Origin: Hypanus sabinus
Taxonomy: Eukaryota
Assembly: GCF_030144855.1 (NCBI RefSeq)
Contig: NC_082711.1
Coordinates: forward strand, 70,742,001-70,806,000
Length of the DNA stretch: 64,000 nucleotides
Direction of reading: 5' to 3'
In this document: positions 49,069 to 62,315 of the stretch, one piece after another
How positions within the stretch are numbered: the stretch's first letter is position 1
Layout of the letters: the number at the start of each line of letters is the position of its first letter
Notes under the pieces: model-generated
The model's database searches: none
Seen by the model: the letters and a program-made list of their open reading frames with translations, nothing else
Told to the model about the DNA's origin: nothing
Translations under genes and position numbers: made by a program

Positions 49069-50772
49069 ACTTGAGAGAATCTTGTTATATTTCCACTTGC
49101 CCAAATACTTCATATAAACTGGAGATTCCTGTCAGACAAACATGCCAAAAGGATTTGATGTTGGAAAAGATCTGGAACCTGGGTGAACTGAGGAAACAAA
49201 AGAATCTCCTTAACCAATCAAATTAAACAAAAGGTGATGAGCAACTCAAGTACTTGCACTTGAGAGCAGCAGGTTTAATAATGAATTCACATCTCATTTG
49301 GTACCAAAGGCAAAGTAAAGGAAGGAAAAGCCAGACAGAGTTAAGAAAAAAGAGAAAAATTAAAAAGAAAAACAATAATAAGGGGAAAATCTGGAATAAA
49401 AAAATCATCAATACTTAAACGCCGAATGATAGAGTTTCTATTCTTCAGTTTACAGTGGAAGTAATGTGTTACCAAAAGGCTATTTAGAATAGAATAGAGA
49501 AACATAAAAAATCCTCCATTAGTTCCTGCCTTTCTTTAAAAGCAACAAATTTAAGTAACGTTTTGGTATTTTAATGGTATATTGTAGTTTCTATTTTATC
49601 ACAACAATTCTCACAGGAACATTCTAATTTACCCATTTAACCATGCAATGTGATCAATGGAGCTTGTCATCTCATTTACATTTGGTAATGATGAATATAA
49701 TTAGTCTCATCACAAAATCTGACCTATAGTCCTTACAGTGGGGCTATGATACTTAACACTCAAAAGACTGATTGGTGGAATATTGATCACAATAGAAAAC
49801 TTCACTCATCAAAATGCATCATTCAAATCAGTATATCCAAAGATTTCCTTGATTTGAAGTTACTTATTTCCCCTTGTAAGGCAAAGCTATATTCTCCATT
49901 CTGTGTGGTCACAACCTCATCTCATTTCATTTAAACACTAGTGCTCCCACAGTAGGATTTTCTTGCTAGCTAACTCCAGAGTCTAATCACAGTTAGTGAA
50001 ATGAACTTGCTCTACAAAACATATAAGTTTGTTTAAAATATTTTTTAAGCTTTGGTCATAATGCATCATTATTCCATGAAGGTTTGAAGCTGAAGTTAGC
50101 AATTTCTTCCATTTGAATTCAGCTTGCTACACCAGGCCCTACTGTGCATTGTGTATCTGTATCCAGCCCGTGTAGAGCTACCAAACTCCGCTAACTGCAT
50201 CTGTCTTAGGCTCATAAGCAGGTGTTTATTCCTTTTATTGTTTCACTGGATGCGAGTAATGAGCCAGCATGCGGTGAAAATAACAACTGCAAAATCTGCT
50301 GTGATTAAAAGGTTCGGAAGGACTGCTGCTCACATATGTCAAATCTGCAGGAGCAGCTCTGATTTCTCATGCAAAGCACATTTTCAATCTGCTTATTTAC
50401 AACGTGTCCATGGCATATTTCTCTACTGTTACCATCCATCCATGTAACTCAGCATTGCTCTCTGAAGCTGCACTCTTCAGCTTTACTACCTCCTCCAAAG
50501 ACAGCAAACAAAATGTCCGTCTGGATTTTATAGACCACCGGGATAGGTGTTCACAAAGATTTTGAGATCTCGGCAGGGCAGACCACATTTTCCATTTTGA
50601 AGCTTCGGTTCAGCGGGACATCTGGTGCCGGAAGCTGTGATATTGTTAAGTTTGCAGAGTAGCCAATTGCATTAAAGAATTCTCATATATAGCAAATCAA
50701 ATTGTCAATGTTTTCAAAATACACACCATTTAAATGGAAGCTAAAATATGATAAGATTTCTGAAAGTAAACT

Positions 50773-51058
50773 GGGCACCACGTTATCTCAGTGGTTAGCA
50801 TGACACTATGACGACATAGGGAGTTCTGCAGTTCAGAGTTCAATTCCAGTGCGGTTCTGTAAGGACTCTCAGTACGTCCTCCCCATGGAATGCATGGGTT
50901 TTTCCCAAATGCTCTGGTTTCCTCCCACAGTCCAAAGACATACTGGGTAGGTAGTTGTCCTGTGATTTGGTTAGGGTTAATCAGGGTTGTGGGGTAGCGG
51001 GGCGACATGGCTCAAAGGGCTGGAATGGCCTACTCCGTGCTGTATCGCTAAATAAGAT
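50773..51058 (+). mobile_element. tRNA-derived V-domain SINE
   Basis: AGTGGTTAGC, GAGTTCAATTCC, GGTTTCCTCCCACAGTCCAAAGAC, LINE-like tail GGCCTACTCCGTGCTGTAT. Confidence 0.85.
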
Positions 51059-51164
51059 AACTTTATCATAAGAATGGTGGCTGAAGGGATTACAATTCAT
51101 AGATATAGAGTCATAAAGCAGAAATATCGGATCTTCAGTGCACCGAGTCCACATTGACCACCAA

Positions 51165-51430
51165 GCATCCACTGACACTAATCACCTCTTTATTTTCTCC
51201 TCATTCCCGTTAGCACCATTTCCCTTTTTCTTCTCCCTCATGATATTGAGGGGCAATTCATAATCACAGATCAGCATGCCAGTCAGCAATCTAAACCTAA
51301 CCCTAAACCATGGTTCCTGGTGGAAAGCCATCTCAGGGAGAATTCCACACAAATCAGCACTGGAGGTCGGGACTGAACCCGGACCACCGGAGCTGGAAAA
51401 CAACAGCTCTAGTAACTGCACCACTGAGCG
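51165..51430 (-). mobile_element. tRNA-derived SINE
   Basis: Antisense CTCAGTGGTGCAG...CCGGGTTCAGTCCCGACCTCC. Confidence 0.7.
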
Positions 51431-52519
51431 ATCCAATTTGATGTTTATTTACAGCCAGAGAGTTTGCTAAGCAATAATTATAGATTAGCACATTATGAAA
51501 ACTCACACACATCTTGTATAGCAAACAATACCATTTTCAGGGTATTGCTGAAATTGGACATTTTTCAGGATTCATAAGGGTAACACACAGTTAATTCAAA
51601 CAAGAACTAATCTTCAAACAAATAAAAGCTGTTCATGTGTAATTATAAGCGCTAATTAGTTTTGAAATTAAAGGAATAGCTTTGTAAACAAACAGTATTG
51701 TCTACAGAGCACAAGCTACTGGTCCACTGTTAAGAAGCTGTTCAAGAAATAAAGGTTGCTAAGTGACACAGCCAAGGGACATTCTCATATGCACCAGTCA
51801 AATGCAAGACAATAAGGTATTTTATTTGAACTGTATAAAACCAGGCATCAGACACCTTCAGCCAGGTTATTTTGCATCATTGTGACTGAGATCAAGGAAA
51901 CTTACAGGCCAAAATTGCTTTGTCACTTAGCACATGAGAATATTTGCTTGTTTATCAAGAACTGGAATACTTGAGTGCCCAGACAGCCAGCTCTCATTGT
52001 ACTAGTTTTGGATTTCTGGGTCCTCTGCCTTCAGAAGCTTTTAGATTATCCTTGTGAATCACTTTGGCCAAACTAGCATGTTTTGGAATACTCAGAGGTA
52101 TCTTGTTGGTTATGATGTGCTCCCAGTGTTAATATGTACTTCAATGGAACCCTTTGTTGGCACTAAAATACTTAAAGCAAATGATGTAATTGTAACTCCT
52201 GAATTTGTGCAGAATTACCTACTGCCGTCCTTGTCCTTAAGAGTATAAAATCACTTAAGTTTTGTACTTGGAATTCAGGGAGATTCCACAGAGAGTGTTT
52301 CCAACAGAACGCCTGCTTGTCGTGTTGAATAAAGATCTCTCACATCTACCAATTTCAGTCTCCAATGACTTAGTCACAGTCACAACAGTGAGAACAATTT
52401 ATAAAGATTTGATGTTTTTGTTGGTTCACCAGTTTCTTGAAATTATGCAGGAGAAAGGAACAACTTGTGCGAAACCAGCAAACCTTAACAGCAACTTCCG
52501 GACTTCCATGTTTAACCTT

Positions 52520-52830
52520 AGGCGCCACGGTACCATGGGTGCGAAGCTATGACAGCTCGGCACATTCCACCGTTTGAAGTTCAATACTGGCGCCATTCTG
52601 TAATAAGTCTCTATATGAGATCCCCATGGAATGCGCGAGTTTTCCCCGGATGCTACGGTTTCCGTTCACAGTCCAAAGATGTACCAGGTAGGTTAATTAA
52701 GTTATTGTAAATTTTCCCGTGATTAGGCTAGGGTTAATTGGGTTTGTCAGGTGTTGCTGGAGTGGCATAGTTTGAAGGGCTGGAAGGGCCTACTCCACAC
52801 TGTATTACTAAATAAAATATATAAGTTAAA
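52520..52830 (+). mobile_element. tRNA-derived V-domain SINE
   Basis: Collinear with 50773-51058; (TAAA)n tail. Confidence 0.85.
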
Positions 52831-53369
52831 TAAATGCCAGATATTGGTGTGACCTCCACTTAATATTGGTGTCAAACTTGATCAGTCAATACAATTATAC
52901 AATCCAGGCCTCACGACTCCAAAGCTAACTGCAGTAATAAAAATGCATGCGTTATCACTTGTGACAGATGACCTTGAAGCAGCTGGTATCCATTGAGTCT
53001 CAATCCCAGTGTCATAGAACTACAGTGAGCACAGCTCCAGGGAGTGGAGGGAGCCAGTCAGCTCTCCAAAGCTGGTGTATATCTGTGCATGTGATGTGGC
53101 AGGGTGGGTTGTCAGGGGTTTTGGGAGACAGATCTGGAGGGCTTAATTGCAGGAACAAGATCAACTCATTCCAATGTCAAGGTTCTGGATAGTCGGAAAA
53201 GCAAGAGAGCAGATGGCTACAACCTGTGAATTTCATTTAGAAAAGGGATAGATATACAAAATCATTACCATAGCTTTCTGTTGACAAAGGTTCCCAGATC
53301 TAGAGGGCGTCACTGATAAAAAAACAATCAGTATTACTTACCAAAATGCAGCCACAGCTACCTCTGTGG

Positions 53370-54630
53370 TGACAGTGGTGCCACTCTGTGTGCTCAGGCT
53401 GTGCACTTGCAATTACACTGCCAGATCCAGCTCAAACCATATCATCGAGTTTGCTGAATCTACAACAGCCGTTACCCTCATCAGTAGAAATGATGAGGAG
53501 GCTGAGAGGCTTGTCAAATGGTGTGAGAACAATTACACGGACAAGACAAAAGAGATGATTGTGGACTTCAGTATAGTACAGGTTGACCACTCTCCATTGG
53601 TGTGCAATTTCCTTAATGTGCATGTAATGGGCAATCCAACCTGAACCCACCACACCTCCTCATTAGTCAAGAAGGCAAAGCAGCCTCAACTTTTTCTGAG
53701 GAGATTGAGGTGCGCCCCCATTCTAACAACTTTCTGCAGGAGCACCATCGAAGGTATCCTGCCAAACTGCAATATTGTGTGGTATGAAAGCTGCAAAGCA
53801 TCAGATGACAAAACCCTACAGAGGATAGTAAAAGCTGCTGAGTGGATCACTGGGACCTCTATCCCCCTATTTGTGACATTTACTGGGAGAAATGCAGACA
53901 AAGGACTGTTGAGGACCCCTACTGTCCATCCCACAACCTCTTTGACCCACTGCCGCCAGGAAGAGGTAAAATAAGCATCAAGAGCATCCGGACTAGGACT
54001 GCCAGTCCGAGCAACAGCCTCTTCCCTCAGATTGTGAGAATGCCCTGACACCACCAGGCTCTCATCACTAGGACTGCCAGTCTGAAATGTTGAAATTTCA
54101 CCTAGGGTTGAAATGTCCAATATCAGAGGGCAAAAATTGAAGGTGAGAGTGGGTAGGTTCAAGGGGGATGTGATGGTAATTTTTTTTACTCAGAGATTGT
54201 GGATGCCTGGAAATGTGCTGTCTGGTGTGATGGTAGAGACAAATACATTAGAGGCTTTTAAGTGATGTTTGGATAGGTACGTGAATGTAAAGAAGATGGA
54301 GGAACATGGACATGTTGCAGGTAGGAGGGATTAGTGTTTAGGTGTTTTTGATTTGCTTTTCGGCTGGTTCTGCACAACATTATGGGAAGAATGGCCTGTT
54401 CCTGTGCTGTATTCTTCTAGGTTCTAACAAGCTATTTACTGTACTGATTAATGTTTCCTGTTTACCTGCACTGTACAATGCACTTTGAATCATATTTTAT
54501 TAACTTATTTGTTTAATGTGCTGAGTGTGATATATGTTTAGTGGGTGGATCGTGGTCCAGAGGAATGTTGTTTCATTTGGTTGTATTCATGTGCAGATAT
54601 ACACATGTTCAGATGACAATAAAGTTGAAT
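53370..54630 (+). mobile_element. 5'-truncated Rex1/Babar LINE interrupted by a CR1 piece
   Basis: KTKEMIVDF, TTFCRSTIEGIL, KTLQRIVKAAE, HNLFDPLP.GR; AATAAAG tail near 54620. Confidence 0.8.
54085..54425 (+). mobile_element. CR1 3' fragment
   Basis: TTTACTCAGAGATTGTGGATGCCTGG and GGCCTGTTCCTGTGCTGT..TTCTAGGTTCTA tail. Confidence 0.8.
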
Positions 54631-55424
54631 GATCATTAACTTAACTCCTGCTGTCTATTTCTATGTTTGATTTTGCATTCAGTCCACTACATTCTATTAA
54701 TGATCTTGTTCATAAGCATGATTGTTTATGAATTTTTACCATTCTTGCTGTGTTTTTTGTTCTGTCTTCAAAGACCTCATGAGATACCATTTGTTTCCAA
54801 TGGTGGAAATAATATTTCTCTTTCCAGCTGGCCTTCTGCAAGGAAAAGTCCCTGGTCACTTGAAAGTGAAAATCTGCTGCACAACTGGAAGTTGACATTC
54901 TTATTTCAAATTCTCTGTGGATCTATTCCATTGCATTGTTCATTTAAATAATTAACAAATGTATACAATCTTCTGAATGATAATTCCAAACAATTTTTCA
55001 GCTTATCACTTTTAAAGTAATTAATTCCCTATCTAATCAAATGTTCCTTTCAAAAATGATTAAACTTGCAAGTGATTTTGCCAAAGTCCCAAAGGAAATA
55101 ATTCAATTATTTCAACTTTTTAAAAATACTTAGCAAATAATTTAAATATATATAATTATTTATCAAGCACACAATAGAAAATAAACCATTTTAATAAATA
55201 AACCACTCTGCTCTTGTAGCTCATTTGATCATCTCCTTCATTCAGCACAACCCTGAAATGCTGTTTCCCTCATGCTCCCAATCACTTTCTCCTCACTGCA
55301 TCCACACTATTCACAGCTCTCTATGCTACAAAGATGCTCTATCTCACATTTGCCAGAATTCTCTATTTGATTTCTTAGTGATCATCTCGTTGTGATTGAT
55401 TCTAATTTCTCCTTTCGGGTCAAA

Positions 55425-55890
55425 CGACCGTGTGAGTCCAGGGTCTGAAGCCCCGCGGTCATGGGATCAATATTGAAAGTTGAAGCCCAAAGTTGGTTAA
55501 TCCAGAAGTCGAGGAGTGATGTCTGTGAGTCCAGGCTAGGGACAAACCCTCCCCCACCTCCCCTCTCCTCCAGGATGATGAGATCTGGGGTCAGAGACCT
55601 ATTTGAGTCCAAAGTTCAAAGCCTGTAGTCAAAGCCCAAAGGTTGAAGACTAAAGACAGCAAATCAGAAGACAAAGGCCAAAGGGGGAGACCCCTGAAAG
55701 TATCTGAAAGTCGGAGACCCGATGACTGTGAATCTCTGGACCAGGGACTGGAATTTGGAATCCTTGATGGGATTGGAGGAGTGTGTGTGGAAGGGAGAAA
55801 AGGGCTTGTTTTGCTGTTGTTGCTGACGTTGTTCTGCTGAACATTGTGGGCATACTGCGCTGCTGGAATATGTGTCGACACATGCAGGCT
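55425..55890 (+). repeat. Unclassified non-coding interspersed repeat
   Basis: GC-richer block with internal GAGTCC/AAGCCC repeats; repeat-like character only, family not assigned. Confidence 0.35.
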
Positions 55891-55919
55891 GGGGCCTCAC
55901 TAGACAGCGCTGCAAGACA

Positions 55920-56160
55920 ATTTTACAGGAAGCATCTGGAGGCTTCGGAGAGGATGCTACCTGGATTAGAGGGAATTAGCTGTCAGGAGAGGTTGGACAA
56001 ACTTGAATTGCTTTCTCAGGAGTGTCAGAGGCTGAGAGGAGACCCACTACAAGTTTATAACATTATGAGAGTCATAGATAATGTAGACAGTCACAATAAT
56101 TTTCCCAGGGTGGAAACATTGAATACTACATGGCATAGCTTTAAAATGAAAAGGAAGTAG
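55920..56160 (+). mobile_element. CR1 RT C-terminal fragment
   Basis: RMLPGLEGISCQERLDKLELLS..RLRGD (55783 ORF). Confidence 0.8.
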
Positions 56161-56174
56161 TTTGAAAAACTTTT

Positions 56175-56500
56175 ATTGATGCACGATGGTGTGTACTTTC
56201 TCTGGCTGCGTCATAGCCTACTATAGAAACACCAATTCCCTTAAATGGAAAATCCTACAAAAAGTAGTGGCTACCACCCAGTCCATCACAGGTAAAGCAC
56301 TCTCCACCACTGAGCACATCTAAACAGAGCATGTTGCAGGAAATCATCAACTATCCTCAGGGATCTCCACCACCCAGGACATGCTTATCTTCTCACTGCT
56401 GCCATCAGGAAATCAGGAAAAAGCCTCAGGGCTCACACCACCAGATTTGGGAATAGTTACTACTCCTCAGCCATGAAGATCTTGAACCGAAGTGGATAAC
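56175..56500 (+). mobile_element. Rex1/Babar 3' coding fragment
   Basis: NTNSLKWKILQKVV..QSITGKAL..FSLLPSG. Confidence 0.75.
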
Positions 56501-56529
56501 CTCTCTCAACTGGAGGGAAGACCTTGGGA

Positions 56530-57650
56530 TAATGGCACCTAATGTTGACTCCTTTACTTGCATCTTCAGAAACAGCTCTATTTCTATCTTTAATATCACT
56601 TTTGACCCTTTTCAGGGTTTTTTTTGAAGACCTTAACCTGGAGTTACATGCTGACTTTGGTTCGTTGCAGAAATGTGACCTGCTCACAGGGCTTCACGAT
56701 CGGCCACTCCTCAATATTCCAAGGATGTAACCTGGAAGACTAGTGCTCCTTCAGGGAGCCGAATTTTCGTGGCTCTGGAGGCAGGCGGATTCGAGGTTGG
56801 TACCGTCGCCTGGTGAGACATGGGAGTACACAGAAGATCGAAAGCCGCGAGCTGGCTGCTGACTGTGTGCCCAGAGAGCTGAGTACAGAGCTCAGGAAAA
56901 GTAATGCAACAGACTTTTAACATCATAAATCGGCAAGTTGCTTGTTATGTCTCCCCTCTCATAGCCTAGTATAGAAACCTATTATCATAGTTGAGTGAAG
57001 AGGTCCTTCTGCAGTTGTACAGGGCCCTGGTGAGACCACACCTGGAGTATTTTGTGCAGTTTTGGTCTCCAAATTTGAGGAAGGACATTCTTGCTATTGA
57101 GGGAGTGCAGCATAGATTCACAAGGTTAATTCCCGGGATGGCAGGACTGTCATATGTTGAAAGATTGGAGCAACTGGGCTTGTATACACTGGAATTTAGA
57201 AGGATGAGAGGGGATCTGACTGAAACATATAAGATTATTAAGGGATTGGACACACTAGAGGCAGGAAAAATGTCCCCAATGTTGGGGGAGTCCAGAACCT
57301 GAGGCCACAGTTTAAGAATAAGGGGTAGGCCATTTAGAACAGAGTTGAGGAAAAAATATTTCACCCAGAGAGTTATGGATCTGTGGAATGCTCTGCCTCA
57401 GAAGGAAGTGGAGGCCAATTCTCTGGATGCTTTCAAGAAAGAGTTAGATAGAGCTCTTAAAGATAGCAGAGTCAAGGGATATGGGGCGGGCAGGAACAGG
57501 GTACTGATTGTGGATGATCAGCCATGATCACATTGAATGGTGGCGCTGGCTCGAAGGGCCAAATGGCCTACTCCTGCACCTATTGTCTATAGTCTCGCTG
57601 TGAAACACGGACATCTCGTTAGGGAGAGAGAGAGAGAGCCTGTGGTACGT
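56530..57650 (+). repeat. Unclassified non-coding repeat split by a CR1
   Basis: ...GTCTCCCCTCTC resumes as TCTCGCTGTGAAAC after the CR1; begins ATGGCACC. Confidence 0.4.
56993..57592 (+). mobile_element. Young 5'-truncated CR1 LINE
   Basis: LYRALVRPHLEYFVQFWSP..LGLYTLEFRR; CTATTGTCTAT tail; TCTC at both junctions; about 32 nt of non-CR1 sequence at the 5' junction (56961-56992). Confidence 0.93.
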
Positions 57651-57654
57651 CGAC

Positions 57655-60070
57655 CTTGTACAAGATTCCCTTAAAGTTGAGTCTATGATGAGAAAGGCAA
57701 ATGCAATATTTGCATTTATTTCAAGAGGACTAGAGTATAAAAACAAGGACGTAATGTTGAAACTTTATAAAACACTGGTGAGGACTCACTTGGAGTATTG
57801 TGAGCAGGTTAGGGCCCTTTATCTTAGAAATGATGTGCTGAATCTGGAGAGGGTTCAAAAGAGGTTTGTGAAACCAATTCCAGAATTGAATGGCTTGTCA
57901 TATGAAGAGTGTTTGATGGCTCTGAGCCTGTATTCCCAAGAATTTAGAAGAATGAGGGTGGCTTCTTCTTGCCACCTACAACCGACTGAAGGAAGAGGAA
58001 CTAGCTGAGAGGATTAGAGGGGTAGAGGCTGCTAATGAAGACAAGCAGCACGGGGAAGCGTGGCGCCTAGTCAACGAGATCCGCAGATGGAAGAAGTCCC
58101 CATCAGGTCAAATAAGTGGTAAAACAGCAGAGGACCATGTCCAGACATGGTTTACCTACTTCAAGAACCTGCTGGGAAGCCCTCCAACAATTACAGAAGA
58201 AGAAGAGGACATACCCACGATACTAATGCAAGTCGACATTGATGACTGCCCATTCACCATTGAGGAACTGAAGAAGGCCAACTATGCACTCAAACAGGGC
58301 AGGATGCTGGACCAGATGGGATACCACCAGATGTCCTGAAGGACTGCAACCTGGATGACATCTTGCTGGACATATGTAATACGGCACTGATGAAAGGTGA
58401 CAAACCAGAACAGTGGTCACTCTCAAACATTATCCCAGTCCCCAAGTCTGGATCCCTCACGAAGACAGATAACTACTGCGGTATCAGCTTGCCCTGCATC
58501 TTAGCAAAGCTGCACAATTGGATGATCTTGAACAGGATTCTCACCGCCACTGACCCTGAGCTAAGATTCAATCAGAATGGTTTTCAGCAGAAGCGCACAA
58601 AGGTAATGCAAATACTTGCTCTCCGTTGATTCATTGAGGAAGCCAAGAAGAACAACTTACCAGTCATGCTTACTTTCATCTATTTTTGCAAAGCTTTTGA
58701 CTCCATTCACCGAGGTAAAATGCTGAAGATCTTGAAAGCTTACGGAATGCCAGCCCATCTACCTAGAGCAATAGAGTCCAGCTATACAAGACCACGGCGA
58801 AAGTTGTATCACCAGATGGAGAAACAGCAGTGTTCGAGCTCCTAGCTGGTGTGCTGCAAGGAGACACTCTGGCACCCTACATCTTTATAATCATCCTTGA
58901 TTACACTCTACGTCAAGCTATGACATCATGACAAGCTTGGTTTTACCATAAAAGCAGGATGAACCAAAAGGGTCAGACCAGTTAAGCTCACAGATCTCAG
59001 TTTTGCAAATGACAGAGTCCTGCTCTCTGACCAGATGGAGGAAGCACAGCAGCTACTGACAAAAGTGGAAATTGAGCGCAATAAAGGTGGACTTCACCTA
59101 AACACTAAAAAGAGAGTACATGGTGTTCAACTGCAATGAAGGTACTCTCAAGACCATAAAGAATGATACCATTAAGAAAGTCTTAGACCTCAAGTACCTC
59201 GGGTCAAGAATGATGAGTTCGGAGAAGAACATAAAGATACGGAAGGCGCTGGCGTGGAGGGCTACGAACGACATGAAGGAAATCTGGAGGTTGAACCTGA
59301 CCTGAGGGCTCAAAAAGAGGACACTCAACAAGGCCATGTGAATGTCACTGGATGGTTGCTATACACGAATGCTCCGGATGGCTCTTGACGCGAGTTGACA
59401 ACAGCACATGACGAGCGTCAAGCTCAATGACGACCTACTGATGCTCACCACTAAAATCGAGGTGAAAAGACTGCAACTAGCGGGGCACTGTCTCTGCCAC
59501 CCTGAGCTACCCGCCAGCCTAGTCATCACATGGGAGGATGAACCCTCCCAAGAATATGGGCAACAAGCTCTAGAAGACAGCGGCACAGCTAATGTAGATG
59601 AACTGAACACACTGATGAGGGAGAGGGAGGAGTGGAGAGTCCATCATCATACCCGACGCTGGCCCCCCAGGCCTGAGTTGACGTGGTCGTAGTAGGGTGA
59701 CTTCATTGAAACCTATCTAATGGTGATAGGCCTCAGTAGAGTAGATGTCGAAAAGATGTTTCCTATGGTGAGAGAGTCAAAGAGAACAGGACACAGCCTT
59801 AGAATAGAGAAGCATCCTATTAGAGTGGAGGTAAGGAGGAATTTCTTTAGCTAGAGAGTGGTGAATCTATGGAATTCTTTGCCACAGGCAGTTGTGGAGG
59901 CCAAGACTTTATGTATGTTAAAGGCAGAGATAACTAGACTTTTGATTAGTCAAGGCATGAATGGATAGAGGAAGGAAGCAGAAGGAACTTCTTTCATTCA
60001 GAATCACGGTCGGCACAGATTTTGTGGGCTGAATTACCTGTCCTATGCTGTGATGTTCTATGTCCTATGT
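57655..60070 (+). mobile_element. Older CR1 3' part interrupted by an RTE-clade LINE
   Basis: KANAIFAFISRGLEYK..EFRRMR (57685 ORF) continues as GDFIETYL at about 59696. Confidence 0.88.
57966..59693 (+). mobile_element. 5'-truncated RTE/RTEX-type LINE, degenerate
   Basis: IIPVPKSGSLTKTDNYCGISL, NQNGF, KAFDSIHRGKM, GVLQGDTLAPYIF, FAND (for FADD), KYLGS, RLQLAGHC; GTAGTAG tail; 11-bp TSD AGGGTG(G/A)CTTC at 57955-57965 and 59694-59704. Confidence 0.88.
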
Positions 60071-60939
60071 TGTAACTTTCATGGTGAACTGTATTAAAGT
60101 GAAGCTCTAAATTAAAGTGAAATTACTATATTCATCTTGCAAATAAATCCTGGAGTAAGGAAGATCTTTCTCATAAATAAGTTTAAACTGAATTCTAATT
60201 AACTTTTGACTAAATTTTGTAGGGATTTACCATAGATGCTCTTTCAAGGTCAGCTCAGATGGTTTTGAGCTTTAATAGTTCTGTTAACCATATTGGAAAT
60301 TATTCAAGTGAAACTTAGGTTAAATTAATTTAAACGAATCTAGCAATTATATTCTACAAAGCCAGTTAAAACATTTTGCATTATGTTTCAATTAATAACT
60401 TAAAATAACAGCTTAAAATCATTTTTGCATTTTGCCACATAATCTGCGATACAGCATCCGCTTTTCGTGACAATGATAGATTAAGTTTGTACAGCTTTAC
60501 GTTTTTTTTGTAATGTAATTCTAAGTTGTTTTATCTTCCATGCTGAAGTCTGGAAGTTGCACTGATGGATACTATTCAGATTCTGTAATGAAAAATGGAT
60601 GGCTTTACATATGACATTTTGACATTAACTGAGTTCAGTTAAGCTACAAAGGGAAAATGTTTAACCAACCTCCATGACCGAATAACAACAGTATTAACAC
60701 TGAGGCAGGAACAGCTCAAAATTAGCAAACTAAATCCAACTTTGCAGAATCTCACATAGGTGGAGATTGTAAGCAGTGATAATGGAATGGGAGGGTGGAA
60801 AGGAACTGCTGAACATATCTTCCAGGGGTCAGACTAACCCATAAGCTGAACAAGAACCAAAGCACGCAGCTCAGTTAGGGAAGTTCCAGACTTGCCGAAG
60901 GTCTGGGACAAGCTAATAGGTCGTAACAAACCTATGACA

Positions 60940-61420
60940 CAGAGATGGCCCTTTGGTTTATTATGTCCATGCCAGAGGAAAAAGAACCATCCCACTTTTC
61001 AAAACTTGATTCATGACCTTGAAGGTCACAGCACAACCATGTATTACTTAATTGTAGCTTTGCTTTTATCATCTTTTCACAATGTGTGTTCCAGAACCAT
61101 ATGATCATTTAGGTGAAGATAACTTCCCCTCAGTTCCTCTCTAATCCTTTAACCAATAACTTTAAAATTACTGTAAATCCCCTGATTTTTAATCCCTCAG
61201 TTCAGGGAAGTTGGCCCTATCAGTTACCCTTTCTATGCCCCTCATAATGATAAACACCTGAATCTCCTCGATTAGAGGAAACGACCTGAATTTATCTAAA
61301 CACAATAGAACTGGAGATGCTGGAAATCTGAAACTAAAATTGAAAATACTGGAAATACTCATCTGATAAGGCAGTTTCTGTACAGATAGAAACAAGGTTA
61401 ATGTTCCAGGTTAATGACTT
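60940..61420 (-). mobile_element. Old CR1 3' fragment with an embedded Penelope repeat (about 61295-61420)
   Basis: TTCTATGCCCCTCATAAT..ACACCT antisense CR1; GATGCTGGAAATCTGA..CTGGAAATACTCA. Confidence 0.55.
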
Positions 61421-61949
61421 TTTAGCTTATCCAAGCTTTACTCATAGATAATATTTTCCAAATAATGCTTCAGTCACTGTGATCCATTGCTGGACACAAC
61501 AGCCCTCTCTTGCTCAGTTTCCTAAGCATTGGAAGGGAGATTGTGAATCTCAGAAAAAAGGTATGTTTTGATTATATTTTACTTCAACATAATTAATAAT
61601 CACTTCACAGCTTAATGTGCTTTTTAATTATTGTTTATATTTGACTTTTGTTTTGTTCTTAAGCACTTTTTTAATAACTGCTAGCTGGCACCGGAGATGG
61701 CCAACTCTGTGTGCTAGCACTGTACTGCTGCCCCAAAATATCAAATTTTATGTCATCTAAGTCAGTAATAATAAATCTGATTCTGATCTAAAATGTTTTA
61801 AATATTCCCAATATTCATAATAATCTTAATATCTTTAAATGTCTCTAACATCTGAGTAACTTAAAAACAGATAGGGGTGCCTCCTAATCAGTCAGGAGGT
61901 GAATCTCCATCCCCAGCCCCACTTCCTATTGAAGTCTAATTGATCTAGA

Positions 61950-62315
61950 GAGACTCGGCCAGCTTGAAAAGGTCAGGGGTCAGAGCCGGAGGAGAGAGAC
62001 AGATTGTTGTTTGGCTCACTGCTTGTGAAGTCTACTTGTTTCTGTGCTGAACGGAGGCTGTGGCCTGCAACTAACAAGTTCCTGGATTGGCTGTGACTGG
62101 CTTCGTAGCTGTGGACTCACTTTCCTGAGCTTCAGTTCTGAATGTTATTTACCTACCTTTATTGTTTGCACGATTTGTTTTTTTCCCCTGTGTTTTGGGA
62201 GATTGGCATTTTTTAAAATGGGTTCTTTTGGTGTTTCTTTGTTTAGTGGCCGCCTGTAAGGAGGTGAATGTCAAAGTTGCATATAGTACACATACTTTGA
62301 TAATAAATGGACTTT
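61950..62315 (+). repeat. Non-coding retroposon with Rex-type 3' tail
   Basis: Ends CATACTTTGATAATAAATGGACTTTGA, the sense form of the tail seen antisense at 36415. Confidence 0.5.

Noticed and set aside
46493-52830. A/B-box sequences suggesting tRNA genes
   Set aside because: They continue into V-domain and LINE-like tails, so they are SINE heads and not tRNAs.
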